A stretch of 64,000 nt of DNA from Spirochaetia bacterium (GTDB lineage Bacteria > Spirochaetota > Spirochaetia > DSM-2461), in assembly GCA_963668315.1 (NCBI GenBank), contig OY764216.1:4160001-4224000 (forward strand). The letters are read 5' to 3'. The translations under genes and the position numbers were made by a program. Below, piece by piece: positions 47,557 through 57,458 of this stretch; the stretch's first letter is position 1; each line of letters starts with the position of its first letter. Under the pieces are notes generated by a model, which ran no database searches, was not told the DNA's origin, and worked only from the letters and a program-made list of their open reading frames with translations.

Positions 47557-48615
47557 ATGCCGTCTACCCATGGGGGGCTCGATTACAAAGGGCTGATAGA
47601 AGCGGGAATAGACCCGGAGAAAGTCATAGATTTCAGCGTGAGCATTAATCCCCAGCCCCTTCCCGAAGAGGTTTACTCCGCCTTCCGAAATGCCTCCATT
47701 GAAAGGTATCCCGACTCATCCTCCCATGTACTCAAAAGGGAAATCGCCGCCTCCTACGGCCTCGCGGAAGAGGAGATACTCGTGGTAAACGGCACGTCCC
47801 AGGCGGTATTCCTCATCGCTGCGGCCTACTTAAAGGAAACGACCCCCTGGATTCTGGCGGGCCCCACCTATTCGGAATATGCCGACGCCTGCCGCCTCTG
47901 CTCCCCCCGGGAGATACGGATTGACAGCGTGGAGGAAGATATTTTCCGCCCTTCCGCCGATAAGCTGATTGAAGCGATGAAGCGGGAAAGGCCTGCCCTC
48001 CTCTGGCTCTGCAGTCCCAATAATCCCACCGGTACGGTTCTCCCCGAGGAGGATTTCCACAGAATAGCCGACGCCGCCCTGGAAACGGGCACACTGTTCA
48101 TACTGGACGAGGCCTACCGCTGTTTCACCCCCAGCTCCCTCCGCTATAAAACGGAAAGGGAAGGGGTGGTGAACCTTCGCTCCATGACAAAGGATTTCTC
48201 CATTCCCGGTCTGCGGCTGGGGTACGTCCGGGCGAACCGCGCCGTCATAGCGAAACTGGCCGAAAGACAGCCGGAATGGAGCGTTTCCGCCCCGGCCCAG
48301 GATGCCGGCGTGGCGGCATTGAGAAAAAGGGACTATTTTGAGGAGAGCTGGCGCATTACCATAGGAATGACCGAAGAGTTCCGGCAGGCCGTGGAAGCAG
48401 CCGGATACGAGACCTTTCCCACGGGAAGCAATTTTTTCCTGGTGAAAACGGAAAACCTGGAAAGCCTGAAGAAAGCCCTCTGGAAAGAGCTGATTACGGT
48501 CAGGGACTGCGCGTCCTTCGGCCTGCAAAATATCATGAGGCTGGGAACACGGTCCGTAGAGGACAATGCCCGGCTGGTTTCGCTATTGAAAAAGGAGAGA
48601 GAGCGATGCATTTAG
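47557..48615 (+). CDS. PLP class I/II enzyme, CobD (threonine-phosphate decarboxylase)/HisC-like
   Basis: N-terminal HGG, DFSVSINP, RYPD, CSPNNPTG, DEAY, RSMTK..IPGLRLGY. Confidence 0.85.
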   Translation: MPSTHGGLDYKGLIEAGIDPEKVIDFSVSINPQPLPEEVYSAFRNASIERYPDSSSHVLKREIAASYGLAEEEILVVNGTSQAVFLIAAAYLKETTPWILAGPTYSEYADACRLCSPREIRIDSVEEDIFRPSADKLIEAMKRERPALLWLCSPNNPTGTVLPEEDFHRIADAALETGTLFILDEAYRCFTPSSLRYKTEREGVVNLRSMTKDFSIPGLRLGYVRANRAVIAKLAERQPEWSVSAPAQDAGVAALRKRDYFEESWRITIGMTEEFRQAVEAAGYETFPTGSNFFLVKTENLESLKKALWKELITVRDCASFGLQNIMRLGTRSVEDNARLVSLLKKERERCI

Positions 48616-49211
48616 TCTGTCTGGATCTGGAAGGGGTCCTGGTACCGGAAATCTGGATAAATTTTGCCGAAGACACGGGGATAGAAGAGCTCCGTATGAC
48701 AACCCGGGACGAGCCGGATTACAATGTGCTTATGAGAAAGCGCCTGGATATCCTTGACCGGGAAGGGCTGAAACTGCCGGATATCCAGAAAGTCATCGGC
48801 CGGATGGATCCCCTGCCGGGCGCCTTGGATTTCCTGGAAGAGCTGAGAAGCAAGACCCAGGTTATCATCCTCTCCGACACCTTTGAGGAGTTCGCCAAGC
48901 CCCTGATGAAAAAACTGAAGTGGCCCACCCTCTTCTGCAACAGTCTCGTGATCGACGGGGAAGGAAGGATCAGCGACTTCACCCTGCGGCAGCAGGACGG
49001 CAAGAGAAAAGCCGTGGAAGCTTTCAAGTCCACGGGAACCAGGCTTTTCGCCGCAGGTGATTCCTATAACGATGTGAGTATGCTTCTCAAAGCGGACAAG
49101 GGCACCCTTTTCCGTTCGCCCCTATCCATTCAGAAAGAGTTCCCCCAGCTGCCCGCCGTGGAGGAGTACAGAGACCTGATGAATCACATCGATGATTTCA
49201 TCGCTCTCTAA
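48606..49211 (+). CDS. thrH: Bifunctional phosphoserine phosphatase/homoserine phosphotransferase
   Basis: CLDLEGVLVPEIW, TTRD.PDY..LM, ILSDTF, AAGDSYND. Confidence 0.94.
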   Translation: MHLVCLDLEGVLVPEIWINFAEDTGIEELRMTTRDEPDYNVLMRKRLDILDREGLKLPDIQKVIGRMDPLPGALDFLEELRSKTQVIILSDTFEEFAKPLMKKLKWPTLFCNSLVIDGEGRISDFTLRQQDGKRKAVEAFKSTGTRLFAAGDSYNDVSMLLKADKGTLFRSPLSIQKEFPQLPAVEEYRDLMNHIDDFIAL

Positions 49212-49230
49212 ATACCGGCCCTGAGGGCCC

Positions 49231-51633
49231 CTAATACCGGTCGAGAACGGCTGAGAGGTGTTCGAATTCCACTCTCATTTCTTCGATGAGAGAGGCGATC
49301 GGCTCCTTGATGCCGTCCCGGGCGGTAAACTCGAGTTTTTCCGCCACATTGCCCAGCCTGGCCATATCCAGATTACGGGAGCTCCCCTTGATGGAGTGGG
49401 CTATCTCCCGTATGCTTTCCAGGTCATTTTCATTTTTATCATCAATGAGAGATCTCATCTGGCCGGAGACCTTTTTCCTGAAGGGCTCGAGCAGTCCCAG
49501 CAGGGTCTCCTTATCGCCCAGGAAGGTGTCCACGGCGGCTTCAAAATTGAAAATATCCTTCTCTTCAATCCCGTCGGATTCGGTGACATCCACCTGTTCG
49601 GCGTCAAAAACAGCCGCTGCGGGAGCAGGATTACCGTCCTCTTCCTCTCCATGGGAAAAGAATTTATACAAGACGGCCATGATATCCCTTTTCTTGAACG
49701 GCTTGGTGATCAGATCATTCATACCGCATTTCTCGCACTTTTCCCGCTCGTTGGAGATAGCGCTGGCCGTGACGGCCACGACGGGGATATCAAAACCCAG
49801 CCGCCGGATCTCCTCCGTCGCCTCGTAACCGTTCATGATCGGCATCTGGCAGTCCATGAAAATGAGGTCGGGCCTGGATTTTCGGACCGATTCCACGGCC
49901 AGTTTCCCATTATCCACACAGCGGACGAGACAGGAAAGCCGCTCCAGGATCGTCCTGAAAAGCTGCTGATTAACCAGATGGTCTTCCACCACCAGTATAT
50001 CCTTGCCAATCCAGTCGGCCACGGCCGCCTCAAGAACCACTTCCCTGTCGTCGACCGATTCCAGCTCGGGAATAAGTTCGTCGGGACTCTCCCCCTCGGG
50101 ACTCTGATTAAGGACGGAATACATCTTCTCCAGCAGATCGCGCTTGCTGATGGGTTTGGTCAGATAATCGTCAAACCAGCCCAGAAGCTTCATCTTGGCC
50201 TCATCGCTTCCCTTGCCCTTCAGCGAAGTGAGAATCAGGGGCATGGCCTTGAGGTTCTCGTCGGCACGGATCTCGCTGGCCATCTGCCACCCGTCCATTT
50301 TCCTCATGGCCTGATCCACGATACAGACGTCGTAGCTGTCCGGTCCGCCCCCTTCCCTGAGCAGAGCCAGACCGTCTTCCCCGTTGGAGGCTTCCACGAC
50401 GCGGCAGCCCCACTCCTCCAGATATCCCTTCGTAATGGAACGGATCTTTTCGTTATCATCCACCAGAAGAATGGTCACACCCTTATAGAAGTCATCGGCC
50501 ACCCTGCCAATGGAAGACTCCTTGGCGCCCCTTTGAAGATCCAGATGGAAAAAGAAGCATGACCCCTCCCCTTCCTTGCTGGTCACGCCCATATTGCCGC
50601 CCATCATATTCACAAGGTTGCGGGAGATAAAAAGGCCCAGACCGGTTCCTCCGTATTTCCTCGTGGTGGAACTGTCGGCCTGCTGAAAGGCCGAGAAAAG
50701 CTTGGCCTGCTGTTCCCTGGTAATGCCGATACCCGAATCCTCCACCTCAAAAACCAGGTGGACCATGCCTCCCGATTCGCCCTCGCATCTCGCTTTGAGG
50801 ATAATCTGTCCCTTACTGGTGAATTTCCGGGCGTTGCTGATAAGATTCGTTATGATCTGCCTTATGCGAAAGGGATCGCCGATGACATACTGGGGCACGT
50901 TCGATTCGACCCAGAAAGCCAGCTCGAGCCCCTTCTTGTGAACTTCCAGAGTCTCCAGATTTATCAGGGCCTCCAGCAGTTGATAAAGGTCGAACTCGGT
51001 ATACTCAATCTCTATCTTGCCCGCTTCAATCTTGGAAATGTCCAGGATATCGTTGACGAGGGACAGGAGAACCGATGCGGCGAACTGGATCTGGGAGCTG
51101 TATTCCTGCTGCTCCTCGTCCAGATTCGTCTCTGCCATCAGATCGGACATGCCGATGATGGTATGGATAGGCGTTCTGATCTCATGACTCGTGTTTGCCA
51201 GGATTTCGCTCTTTCCCCGGGTAGCCGCCTCGGCTTCCTCTTTGGCCCTTCTCTGCCGGGCTTCCAGTTCTTTGATATGGGTGATATCGGTAATAAGCAT
51301 GACCAGTCCCCGGAACCCGTTCTTCTCCACCTTCTTGATCGTCAGCTGCCACCAGCGCACGCCTTCGGGCTTGCTGCTGTTGAAGCGGGAGATAATGTTC
51401 AGGCTGACTTTGCGGCTCTCCATGAAGAGGGTGAACTGGGTTTCCCAGGCTTTTTTGTCCTGGTAGGCGATATACTGGGAAATATTCATACCCGCCCGGG
51501 GGCGGCTTTTTACCATGCGGCAGAAGGAGCTGTTGACTTTGAGGATCGTTCCCTCCCTGTCAAGAAAGGCCACGCCCTCGGGAGCGTCTGAAAAAAGATC
51601 GGCCATACTGAAGGAGTGGAAAAGATCTTTCAT
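49231..51633 (-). CDS. Hybrid sensor kinase PAS-HisKA-HATPase-REC-REC-Hpt (soluble)
   Basis: SHEIRTP, NARKFT, DSGIGI, GGTGLGL, two receivers, AHSIKGSS Hpt. Confidence 0.93.
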   Translation of the reverse strand: MKDLFHSFSMADLFSDAPEGVAFLDREGTILKVNSSFCRMVKSRPRAGMNISQYIAYQDKKAWETQFTLFMESRKVSLNIISRFNSSKPEGVRWWQLTIKKVEKNGFRGLVMLITDITHIKELEARQRRAKEEAEAATRGKSEILANTSHEIRTPIHTIIGMSDLMAETNLDEEQQEYSSQIQFAASVLLSLVNDILDISKIEAGKIEIEYTEFDLYQLLEALINLETLEVHKKGLELAFWVESNVPQYVIGDPFRIRQIITNLISNARKFTSKGQIILKARCEGESGGMVHLVFEVEDSGIGITREQQAKLFSAFQQADSSTTRKYGGTGLGLFISRNLVNMMGGNMGVTSKEGEGSCFFFHLDLQRGAKESSIGRVADDFYKGVTILLVDDNEKIRSITKGYLEEWGCRVVEASNGEDGLALLREGGGPDSYDVCIVDQAMRKMDGWQMASEIRADENLKAMPLILTSLKGKGSDEAKMKLLGWFDDYLTKPISKRDLLEKMYSVLNQSPEGESPDELIPELESVDDREVVLEAAVADWIGKDILVVEDHLVNQQLFRTILERLSCLVRCVDNGKLAVESVRKSRPDLIFMDCQMPIMNGYEATEEIRRLGFDIPVVAVTASAISNEREKCEKCGMNDLITKPFKKRDIMAVLYKFFSHGEEEDGNPAPAAAVFDAEQVDVTESDGIEEKDIFNFEAAVDTFLGDKETLLGLLEPFRKKVSGQMRSLIDDKNENDLESIREIAHSIKGSSRNLDMARLGNVAEKLEFTARDGIKEPIASLIEEMRVEFEHLSAVLDRY

Positions 51634-51634
51634 C

Positions 51635-52894
51635 CTAAAAATCCGTGTTAAGAACTTCCAGGGCTTTGTTGATGATCCCCTCCGGCTTGATCGGCTTGAT
51701 AAGATAGCTGTTGATATTGAAACTCATCGCCTTGCTGACGCTCTCCTTACGGGACAGGGCGGTCAGTACGATAACGGGAATCTCCACCTTGTAGGTGGCC
51801 AGGAACTGGAGAATGGCAAAACCGTTCATCCCCGGCATGATCAGATCCAGGAAGATCAGATCAAATTCCACATGGTCCTTGCTCATATAACTAAGGAAAT
51901 CGTTACCGTTCTCGAAGGATTTGACATCCCAATTCGTCTCTTTCAGGGCCGATTCCACAATGGAGTGGACGATGAAGTCGTCATCCACCACGGCCAGGGT
52001 CAGTTTTTTCTGAAAGATCTGCTGTTTCCGGCTCTCCTCCGCCTCCTTGGCGAAATTGAGCTGAAAGGTCTCCTTATCCAGGGTGGAACTTCCGGAAAAG
52101 AAATTCTCCTGCACCGCGTCCTGTTCGGCGGTCAGCTTCTCCAGTCCTTTGATGCCGAGCAGGCCGTCCATGGCTTTCTCCAGGGACGGAACGGCTTCCA
52201 CGCCGTCGAGCTCCACATCCTCCTTGAGATACTGGGTGATCTCCCGGGAAATGGTGAGGATTTTGATCTGCTCCGGGGTGGAACAGAATTCCAGAATATC
52301 CACGATAAGATCCTTCAGCTTCCACAGATCGTCGTGCTTCACCTGAATATCGGTCATGAGGAGAAGGATACGGGGTATCTGAACGCCGTGGAGTCTGAGC
52401 AGCTCGGCCACCTTGTATCGCAGGAGGCGGAATTTCTCCCGGTTGAACCCCTGGGCTATCTCGATGAAAAGGATTTTGTCATTCAAATGGGCGTCAAGCA
52501 GACAGGGGGTCTGATCTATTTCAATCGGCACACCCAGAGCTTCGGAAACCGCATCGAGAAGGGCGTCGATTTTGATGGGCTTGTAAAGGATTTTCTTCAC
52601 CCCGAGGCGGCCCACTTTCATGACCATGTCCTTATCGAGCTTATTGGAATTCAGGATTACCGGGATATCCGCCACCTGGGGGGATTTCTGCTTAGTCTCC
52701 AATATTTCAATGGCGCTTTTCCGGGTAAGGAAAAAATCCATGATGATCAGGTCCGGCTCTTCCGAGCGTATTTTCCCGTAACCGTCAAGTCCGTTAATGG
52801 CGGATATAACATTGAAGCCGTAAAAGCTCAGCTGTTTGCTGAGAAAATCCCGGACCAGGGAAGAATCATCGATTACAAGAATAGTTTTTGCCAT
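51635..52894 (-). CDS. Response regulator with two receiver domains and no recognisable output
   Basis: N-terminal VIDDS..PDLIIMD..KP; C-terminal [17 protein letters not shown]. Confidence 0.85.
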   Translation of the reverse strand: MAKTILVIDDSSLVRDFLSKQLSFYGFNVISAINGLDGYGKIRSEEPDLIIMDFFLTRKSAIEILETKQKSPQVADIPVILNSNKLDKDMVMKVGRLGVKKILYKPIKIDALLDAVSEALGVPIEIDQTPCLLDAHLNDKILFIEIAQGFNREKFRLLRYKVAELLRLHGVQIPRILLLMTDIQVKHDDLWKLKDLIVDILEFCSTPEQIKILTISREITQYLKEDVELDGVEAVPSLEKAMDGLLGIKGLEKLTAEQDAVQENFFSGSSTLDKETFQLNFAKEAEESRKQQIFQKKLTLAVVDDDFIVHSIVESALKETNWDVKSFENGNDFLSYMSKDHVEFDLIFLDLIMPGMNGFAILQFLATYKVEIPVIVLTALSRKESVSKAMSFNINSYLIKPIKPEGIINKALEVLNTDF

Positions 52895-52982
52895 GGCACA
52901 CCTGCAGTTGAGAGATCATTTGCTTTATTAATATTACATTTCACTGGATTTTTCAAATGGTTTAAGGCAATATATAGCAGTT

Positions 52983-54167
52983 ATGGACCAACTTTATGAA
53001 TTCACAGGCCCGCTGCGGTCAATGATCATCGAAAAAGCCCCTTTCAGAAGACTTGGTCCTTTCTGGAAGGAGAACACCCCTCTCTTTTTCGAAAAACGGG
53101 AATACGACAGTCACGGAAGGCTTCTCGTAAGGGAAAAACCGGATTATACGGAATACTACGCCTATATGGCCGGGGAGAGGGAACTGGATTTCCGCCGTTC
53201 CGCCCTGTACCGCTTCAACGGAGAGAAACAGCTGGAATCCAGGGAAATCTGGCACTACGGCCAAGAGGGCACCCTGCGGGGAAAAGAGATATACCGGGGA
53301 GAGGCCGCTCCTCTTTTTGTGGAGATTCAGGAAGACCCGGCCCGGGGCGTTCTGGTGGAAAAGGACGGGATCAGGATACGGGGAAAACAGTTCGATTCCC
53401 GGGGCCGGCTGATTTCGGAATATCTTTACGGCGGGGACCAGGCCGATCTCATTATAAAGTACACCTATACCGACGAAGGTTTTATCCTGAAGAAAGAGGA
53501 AGCCGACAAAAACGGCAGCCCCATTAAAACCTCCTTCTACGGCTGCACCGAATCGGGCCTGATCAGGGAGATTCGGGAGACGGACCGGACGGGCGAACTG
53601 CTTTATCACCGCCTATACGAATACCCCCGGGGAGAGGACAGCAACTGGCTGGTCAGGGAGGAGTATGCCCTCAACGGGCACGGCAGGAAGAAACCTCTCT
53701 CCCTGACCTACCGCTCCCTCAATTTCTTCCACGAACCGCGCCTTGTCAGGGAAGAGCCACCCCAGCCGGTCCGGGAAAAGGGAAAGGCGGAACCGACGGA
53801 GGACACGAAGGTTTTCTCCAACGGGTTCTACCGGGGTCAGCTGAAGGAGGGGCTCCCGAGCGGCAAGGGAACCTTTTCATACAATGACGGCAGCCGCTAC
53901 CGGGGTACGTTTTTTTCGGGAAAGCCGGAAGGAAGGGGAGAGCTGATCCGCAAGGACGGTTCGGTGTACCGGGGCGACTTTAAAAGCGGGATTATGCACG
54001 GCAGGGGAATTATGGAATGGTCCGACGGCAGCCGCTATGAGGGGCCGTTCCGCCGCGGGAAGATGGACGGTGTCGGCGTGTATACCTGGCCGAACGGGGA
54101 CCGTTTCAAAGGACTTTTCGAGAAGGGGAAACGCACCGATCAGGGCCTCGTGGAGAGAAATGAATAA
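52983..54167 (+). CDS. MORN-repeat protein with YD/RHS-like beta-repeat N-terminus
   Basis: C-terminal Y.G.F..G..HG.G repeats; N-terminal YDSHGRL/FDSRGRL repeats. Confidence 0.78.
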   Translation: MDQLYEFTGPLRSMIIEKAPFRRLGPFWKENTPLFFEKREYDSHGRLLVREKPDYTEYYAYMAGERELDFRRSALYRFNGEKQLESREIWHYGQEGTLRGKEIYRGEAAPLFVEIQEDPARGVLVEKDGIRIRGKQFDSRGRLISEYLYGGDQADLIIKYTYTDEGFILKKEEADKNGSPIKTSFYGCTESGLIREIRETDRTGELLYHRLYEYPRGEDSNWLVREEYALNGHGRKKPLSLTYRSLNFFHEPRLVREEPPQPVREKGKAEPTEDTKVFSNGFYRGQLKEGLPSGKGTFSYNDGSRYRGTFFSGKPEGRGELIRKDGSVYRGDFKSGIMHGRGIMEWSDGSRYEGPFRRGKMDGVGVYTWPNGDRFKGLFEKGKRTDQGLVERNE

Positions 54168-54247
54168 ATGGGGAAAGGGCTTTTCCTTCCCAGAAAAAAA
54201 GAATATAATGACCGACGTTTTGGAATAAGAGAGTCGAGGTGACAATC

Positions 54248-54571
54248 ATGAAAAGTACCGAAATGGAAAGAAAAGAAAGAGAGCTTAAAAGGGCCAGAAA
54301 AAAAGAAGATGTTCTGGCCCGGAAAACGGATAAGGAGGACCGTTCCGTTGGTGATTTCATCAAGGAACTGCACGGTCTTTTCTTTTTTGACGCACAAAAA
54401 ATCTACAATATCGAAAGCTCAGACGAAATTGAAACTCTCCTGATGGAAATGGTAGAGGAAATTCCCGAAAAGCAGTGGGACAATGTTATCAGAAAGGCGG
54501 TCAAGCAGACCAAAGTAGCCCAGAAGGATGAGGCGATAGAAGCCCTTAAGCTTCTTGCCGAAATGGAATAG
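54248..54571 (+). CDS. Hypothetical protein
   Basis: Clean ORF with GAGG RBS and downstream terminator; alternative GTG start at 54239. Confidence 0.75.
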   Translation: MKSTEMERKERELKRARKKEDVLARKTDKEDRSVGDFIKELHGLFFFDAQKIYNIESSDEIETLLMEMVEEIPEKQWDNVIRKAVKQTKVAQKDEAIEALKLLAEME

Positions 54572-54591
54572 ATTTTTTGTTAACGCAAGGC

Positions 54592-54621
54592 AAAGGCTCC
54601 GTAAAAACGGGGCCTTTTTTT
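54592..54621. terminator. Intrinsic terminator
   Basis: AAAGGCTCCGT/ACGGGGCCTTT stem plus T-run, between convergent genes. Confidence 0.8.
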
Positions 54622-55405
54622 ATGCTCCTTTACATTCGGAGGGAGTTACTCCCGTCACTTCCTTGAACTTGCGTGAAAAATGATAGGGATTGGCGAAACC
54701 GTAATAATAAGCCCCCTCTTTGACTGAAGCGCCGCCCTCGATTAACAGACGGGCCTGGGAAAAAAGCTCCTGATAATACATATCCATCAGACTCAACCCG
54801 GTAAAGGTCTTTATCTTTCTCGTCAGGTAGCTTCTTTCCAGCCCGAGCCGGGAGGCAAGTTCTCCGACCGTCGGTCTCTCCGAAGGACTGCCCTCGATCA
54901 TATCGGCCATAATCCGTCTGATTCTCTGTTCAAAATTCCCCCCGGAAGGCATGGAAAGGGGATTTTCATGAATCCGGAGGGTGTCAATTCTCTCAAGAAG
55001 CCCCGCTGTCCAGAGAAAATAAAATTCATCCTTCAGCATTCCGAATTTCCTCCCCTCCCCCTTGAGTCTGTCCCTGAGGATGAAAAGGTAAGATCCCAGG
55101 GAGGTCAGGGAAAAGGGGCCCGCCCCGGAGACCTGCGCCAGAACGGTCAGATCTCCCTGAAGGAGAAAATTGAAATATACGCCCGGATCCTGTTCGTTCC
55201 ACATCCAATGGAACTTTCCCGGGGGAATGAGGACACAATCTTCCCGGGACAGATGAAAATACCTTTTTCTCTCTGTCTGAAGACCGATTTTCCCGTCCAG
55301 CACCAGTATCAGTTCATACTCCGATCGATGGCTGTGCCCGGTGAACCGGACCCCTCCCCCGGAAAAATCCACAAGCTTTCCCTTTGTTTCGCTCAGATAG
55401 GCCAT
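54620..55405 (-). CDS. AraC-family regulator with cupin sensor domain
   Basis: HSH..YEL, IPPGKFH; GFANPYHFSRKFKEVTGVTPS; ATG start at 55405. Confidence 0.88.
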   Translation of the reverse strand: MAYLSETKGKLVDFSGGGVRFTGHSHRSEYELILVLDGKIGLQTERKRYFHLSREDCVLIPPGKFHWMWNEQDPGVYFNFLLQGDLTVLAQVSGAGPFSLTSLGSYLFILRDRLKGEGRKFGMLKDEFYFLWTAGLLERIDTLRIHENPLSMPSGGNFEQRIRRIMADMIEGSPSERPTVGELASRLGLERSYLTRKIKTFTGLSLMDMYYQELFSQARLLIEGGASVKEGAYYYGFANPYHFSRKFKEVTGVTPSECKGA

Positions 55406-55511
55406 GTTGGAATAGTACAACAAAATCGGGATAGGAAAAAGTCACAGAGGGACATGGGGCTTCCCCGCTAAATCCCCTAGGATGGAGGAAGATCATAAAC
55501 GGAGGATTTCC

Positions 55512-56518
55512 ATGAAGATTCTTATCAGCGGAGGAGCCGGCTACATCGGCTCGGTTATAGCAGGAGTTCTAAGCAAGGAAGGGCATGAGCCGATTATTCT
55601 CGATTCTCTCTCCGGAGGGCAGAGGCCGATCAATTTCGCCTATCCCTTCTATCACGGGGATATGGCGGATCCCCCGCTCCTGAAACGGATTATCCGGGAA
55701 CAGGGGATTCCCTACGCCGCCGTTCACTGCGCCGCCCTCACCGTCGTCCCCGAATCGACCGAACAGCCTGCAAGGTACTATCGGGAAAACGTCTCCAAAA
55801 CCCTGGATTTTTTCGGGAACCTCCGGTCCGAAGGCTGCCGCCGGATCCTCCTGAGCGGCTCCGCTTCAATCTACGGCCGTACCGCGGAAGGAAAACTGAA
55901 AGAAGACACCCCGCCCGCCCCGGAGAGCCCCTATGCCCGGACTAAGATGATCCAGGAGTACATCCTGGAAGACCTCTGCCGCTCCGGAAAAGATAGCGGT
56001 CTGAGGGGAATCACTCTCCGCTACTTCAACCCCCTGGGCGCGGCGCCGGACCTGTCCGCCGGCCCCTGGAAAAAGGAGGGAACCCATCTCATGGCACGCC
56101 TGCTCTCCCACAGTCCCGGGGACCCCTTTGTCCTGACCGGAACGGATTTCGCGACCAGGGACGGAACGGGGATCAGGGATTACTTTCATGTGGCCGATCT
56201 GGCCCTCGCCCATCTGGCGGTCCTCGAAGATTTCGATTCGATCCTGAGCCGGTCCGCCTCCCCCTACCTGGCAATGAATGCCGGCTCCGCAGAGGAATCA
56301 GCGTCAGGGAATTCATCCATGCCTACGAAGAGGTCACGGGAAAACAGGTCGACTACCTCGAAGGTCCCACCCGCCCCGGAGACGTGGCGGGCGGATACGC
56401 CGATACGGAGAGAATCTCAGGAATGACGGGATGGAAACCCCGCTACACCCTGGAGGAAGCCATAGAGAGTGCTGTGGCCTGGGAGAATAGGGGAACTCAT
56501 CCGGGCGGAGACCTTTAA
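55512..56518 (+). pseudogene. galE: UDP-glucose 4-epimerase, frameshifted near 56289
   Basis: GGAGYIGS, SPYARTK, LRYFNP, DGTGIRDYFHV; C-terminus (RGISVRE..RPGD..GWKPRY..AVAWE) continues in another frame to TAA at 56518. Confidence 0.85.
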
Positions 56519-57315
56519 TAGAGGTAGAATCCCGTCCCGATGTTAAGGCCTGAGTTCATGTAGGGAACCGATTCCCAGGCGGCCCAGGCCCACAGATTAT
56601 CTTCCCTGTAGAGAAAGGAGATTTTCCAGATATCCAGATTGATATTATCCCCGTCATAGGACGCATGGTTGCCGTAGATATCGGGAACGGCCAATCCGAG
56701 ACCGGCTTCCCAGAAGAAAGAACTGCCGTTTCTCCTGTTGTATAAAAAACCCTCGGTCAGCATAAGGGAATAACTCTGCCCCGAGGGAGAAAGATTAATG
56801 CAGTCGTCATTAACCTCGCAGATCTCCTCCCGATAGGCCTTGTAGTCACCCCACTCCCGGTCGTAAACTCCCTCGAGACCGACGGTGACCTTATGCCTTT
56901 TCCCGATCAATACCCGCATGTCGCCCTGGCCGGCAATGCCGTAAAAACTTTTCCGGATCAGGTCCGGATTTTCCCCGTCCGATGATCCTTCGGGATACTC
57001 CTCAAGGGAGTTAATTCCTCCGTAGATCGAAGCGCTTCCGGCCAGCTGCAGGGAGAAGGGACCGATGAGGGGAAAGGCTGCTCCGTGCATGAGCCCCGCC
57101 TGAAGGGACAGGGAGGAATAATCCTCATACTCGCCTAATACGGGACTGATCTTGAGGAAAAGTCCGCCGTCCTGGGAAAACCCCTCTTCACCGTAATCGG
57201 GAGGGGGCATCACGATCTTGTCATGGCCGAGAAGAGCCGGGGAGTAATAACTGACACAACCGCTCAGAAGGACCGACAGGAGACCGCTGAGCATCAGGAT
57301 TCGATTTCTTTTCAT
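56515..57315 (-). CDS. Hypothetical lipoprotein / outer-membrane beta-barrel-like protein
   Basis: Lipobox LLSGC; amphipathic beta-strand pattern ending GTGFYLY. Confidence 0.7.
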   Translation of the reverse strand: MKRNRILMLSGLLSVLLSGCVSYYSPALLGHDKIVMPPPDYGEEGFSQDGGLFLKISPVLGEYEDYSSLSLQAGLMHGAAFPLIGPFSLQLAGSASIYGGINSLEEYPEGSSDGENPDLIRKSFYGIAGQGDMRVLIGKRHKVTVGLEGVYDREWGDYKAYREEICEVNDDCINLSPSGQSYSLMLTEGFLYNRRNGSSFFWEAGLGLAVPDIYGNHASYDGDNINLDIWKISFLYREDNLWAWAAWESVPYMNSGLNIGTGFYLY

Positions 57316-57420
57316 AGGAGTCAGACTCTACCATATAATATACATCTGCTCAATGAATAAAATTACCTGTTTTTTGCCTTTTATCCTGAAAATCCCTGTA
57401 AAAATCCCTCCCCTTTTGAG

Positions 57421-57449
57421 TTGTCACAAACCTACACATCTGATAGGAT
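57421..57449 (+). promoter_or_regulatory. serS promoter with extended -10
   Basis: TTGTCA-17-TAGGAT with TG at -15/-14; ATG 9 nt downstream. Confidence 0.6.
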
Positions 57450-57458
57450 GAAACGGTT

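Noticed and set aside
57316..57458. T-box leader upstream of serS
   Set aside because: No T-box consensus or terminator, and the promoter sits directly before the ATG
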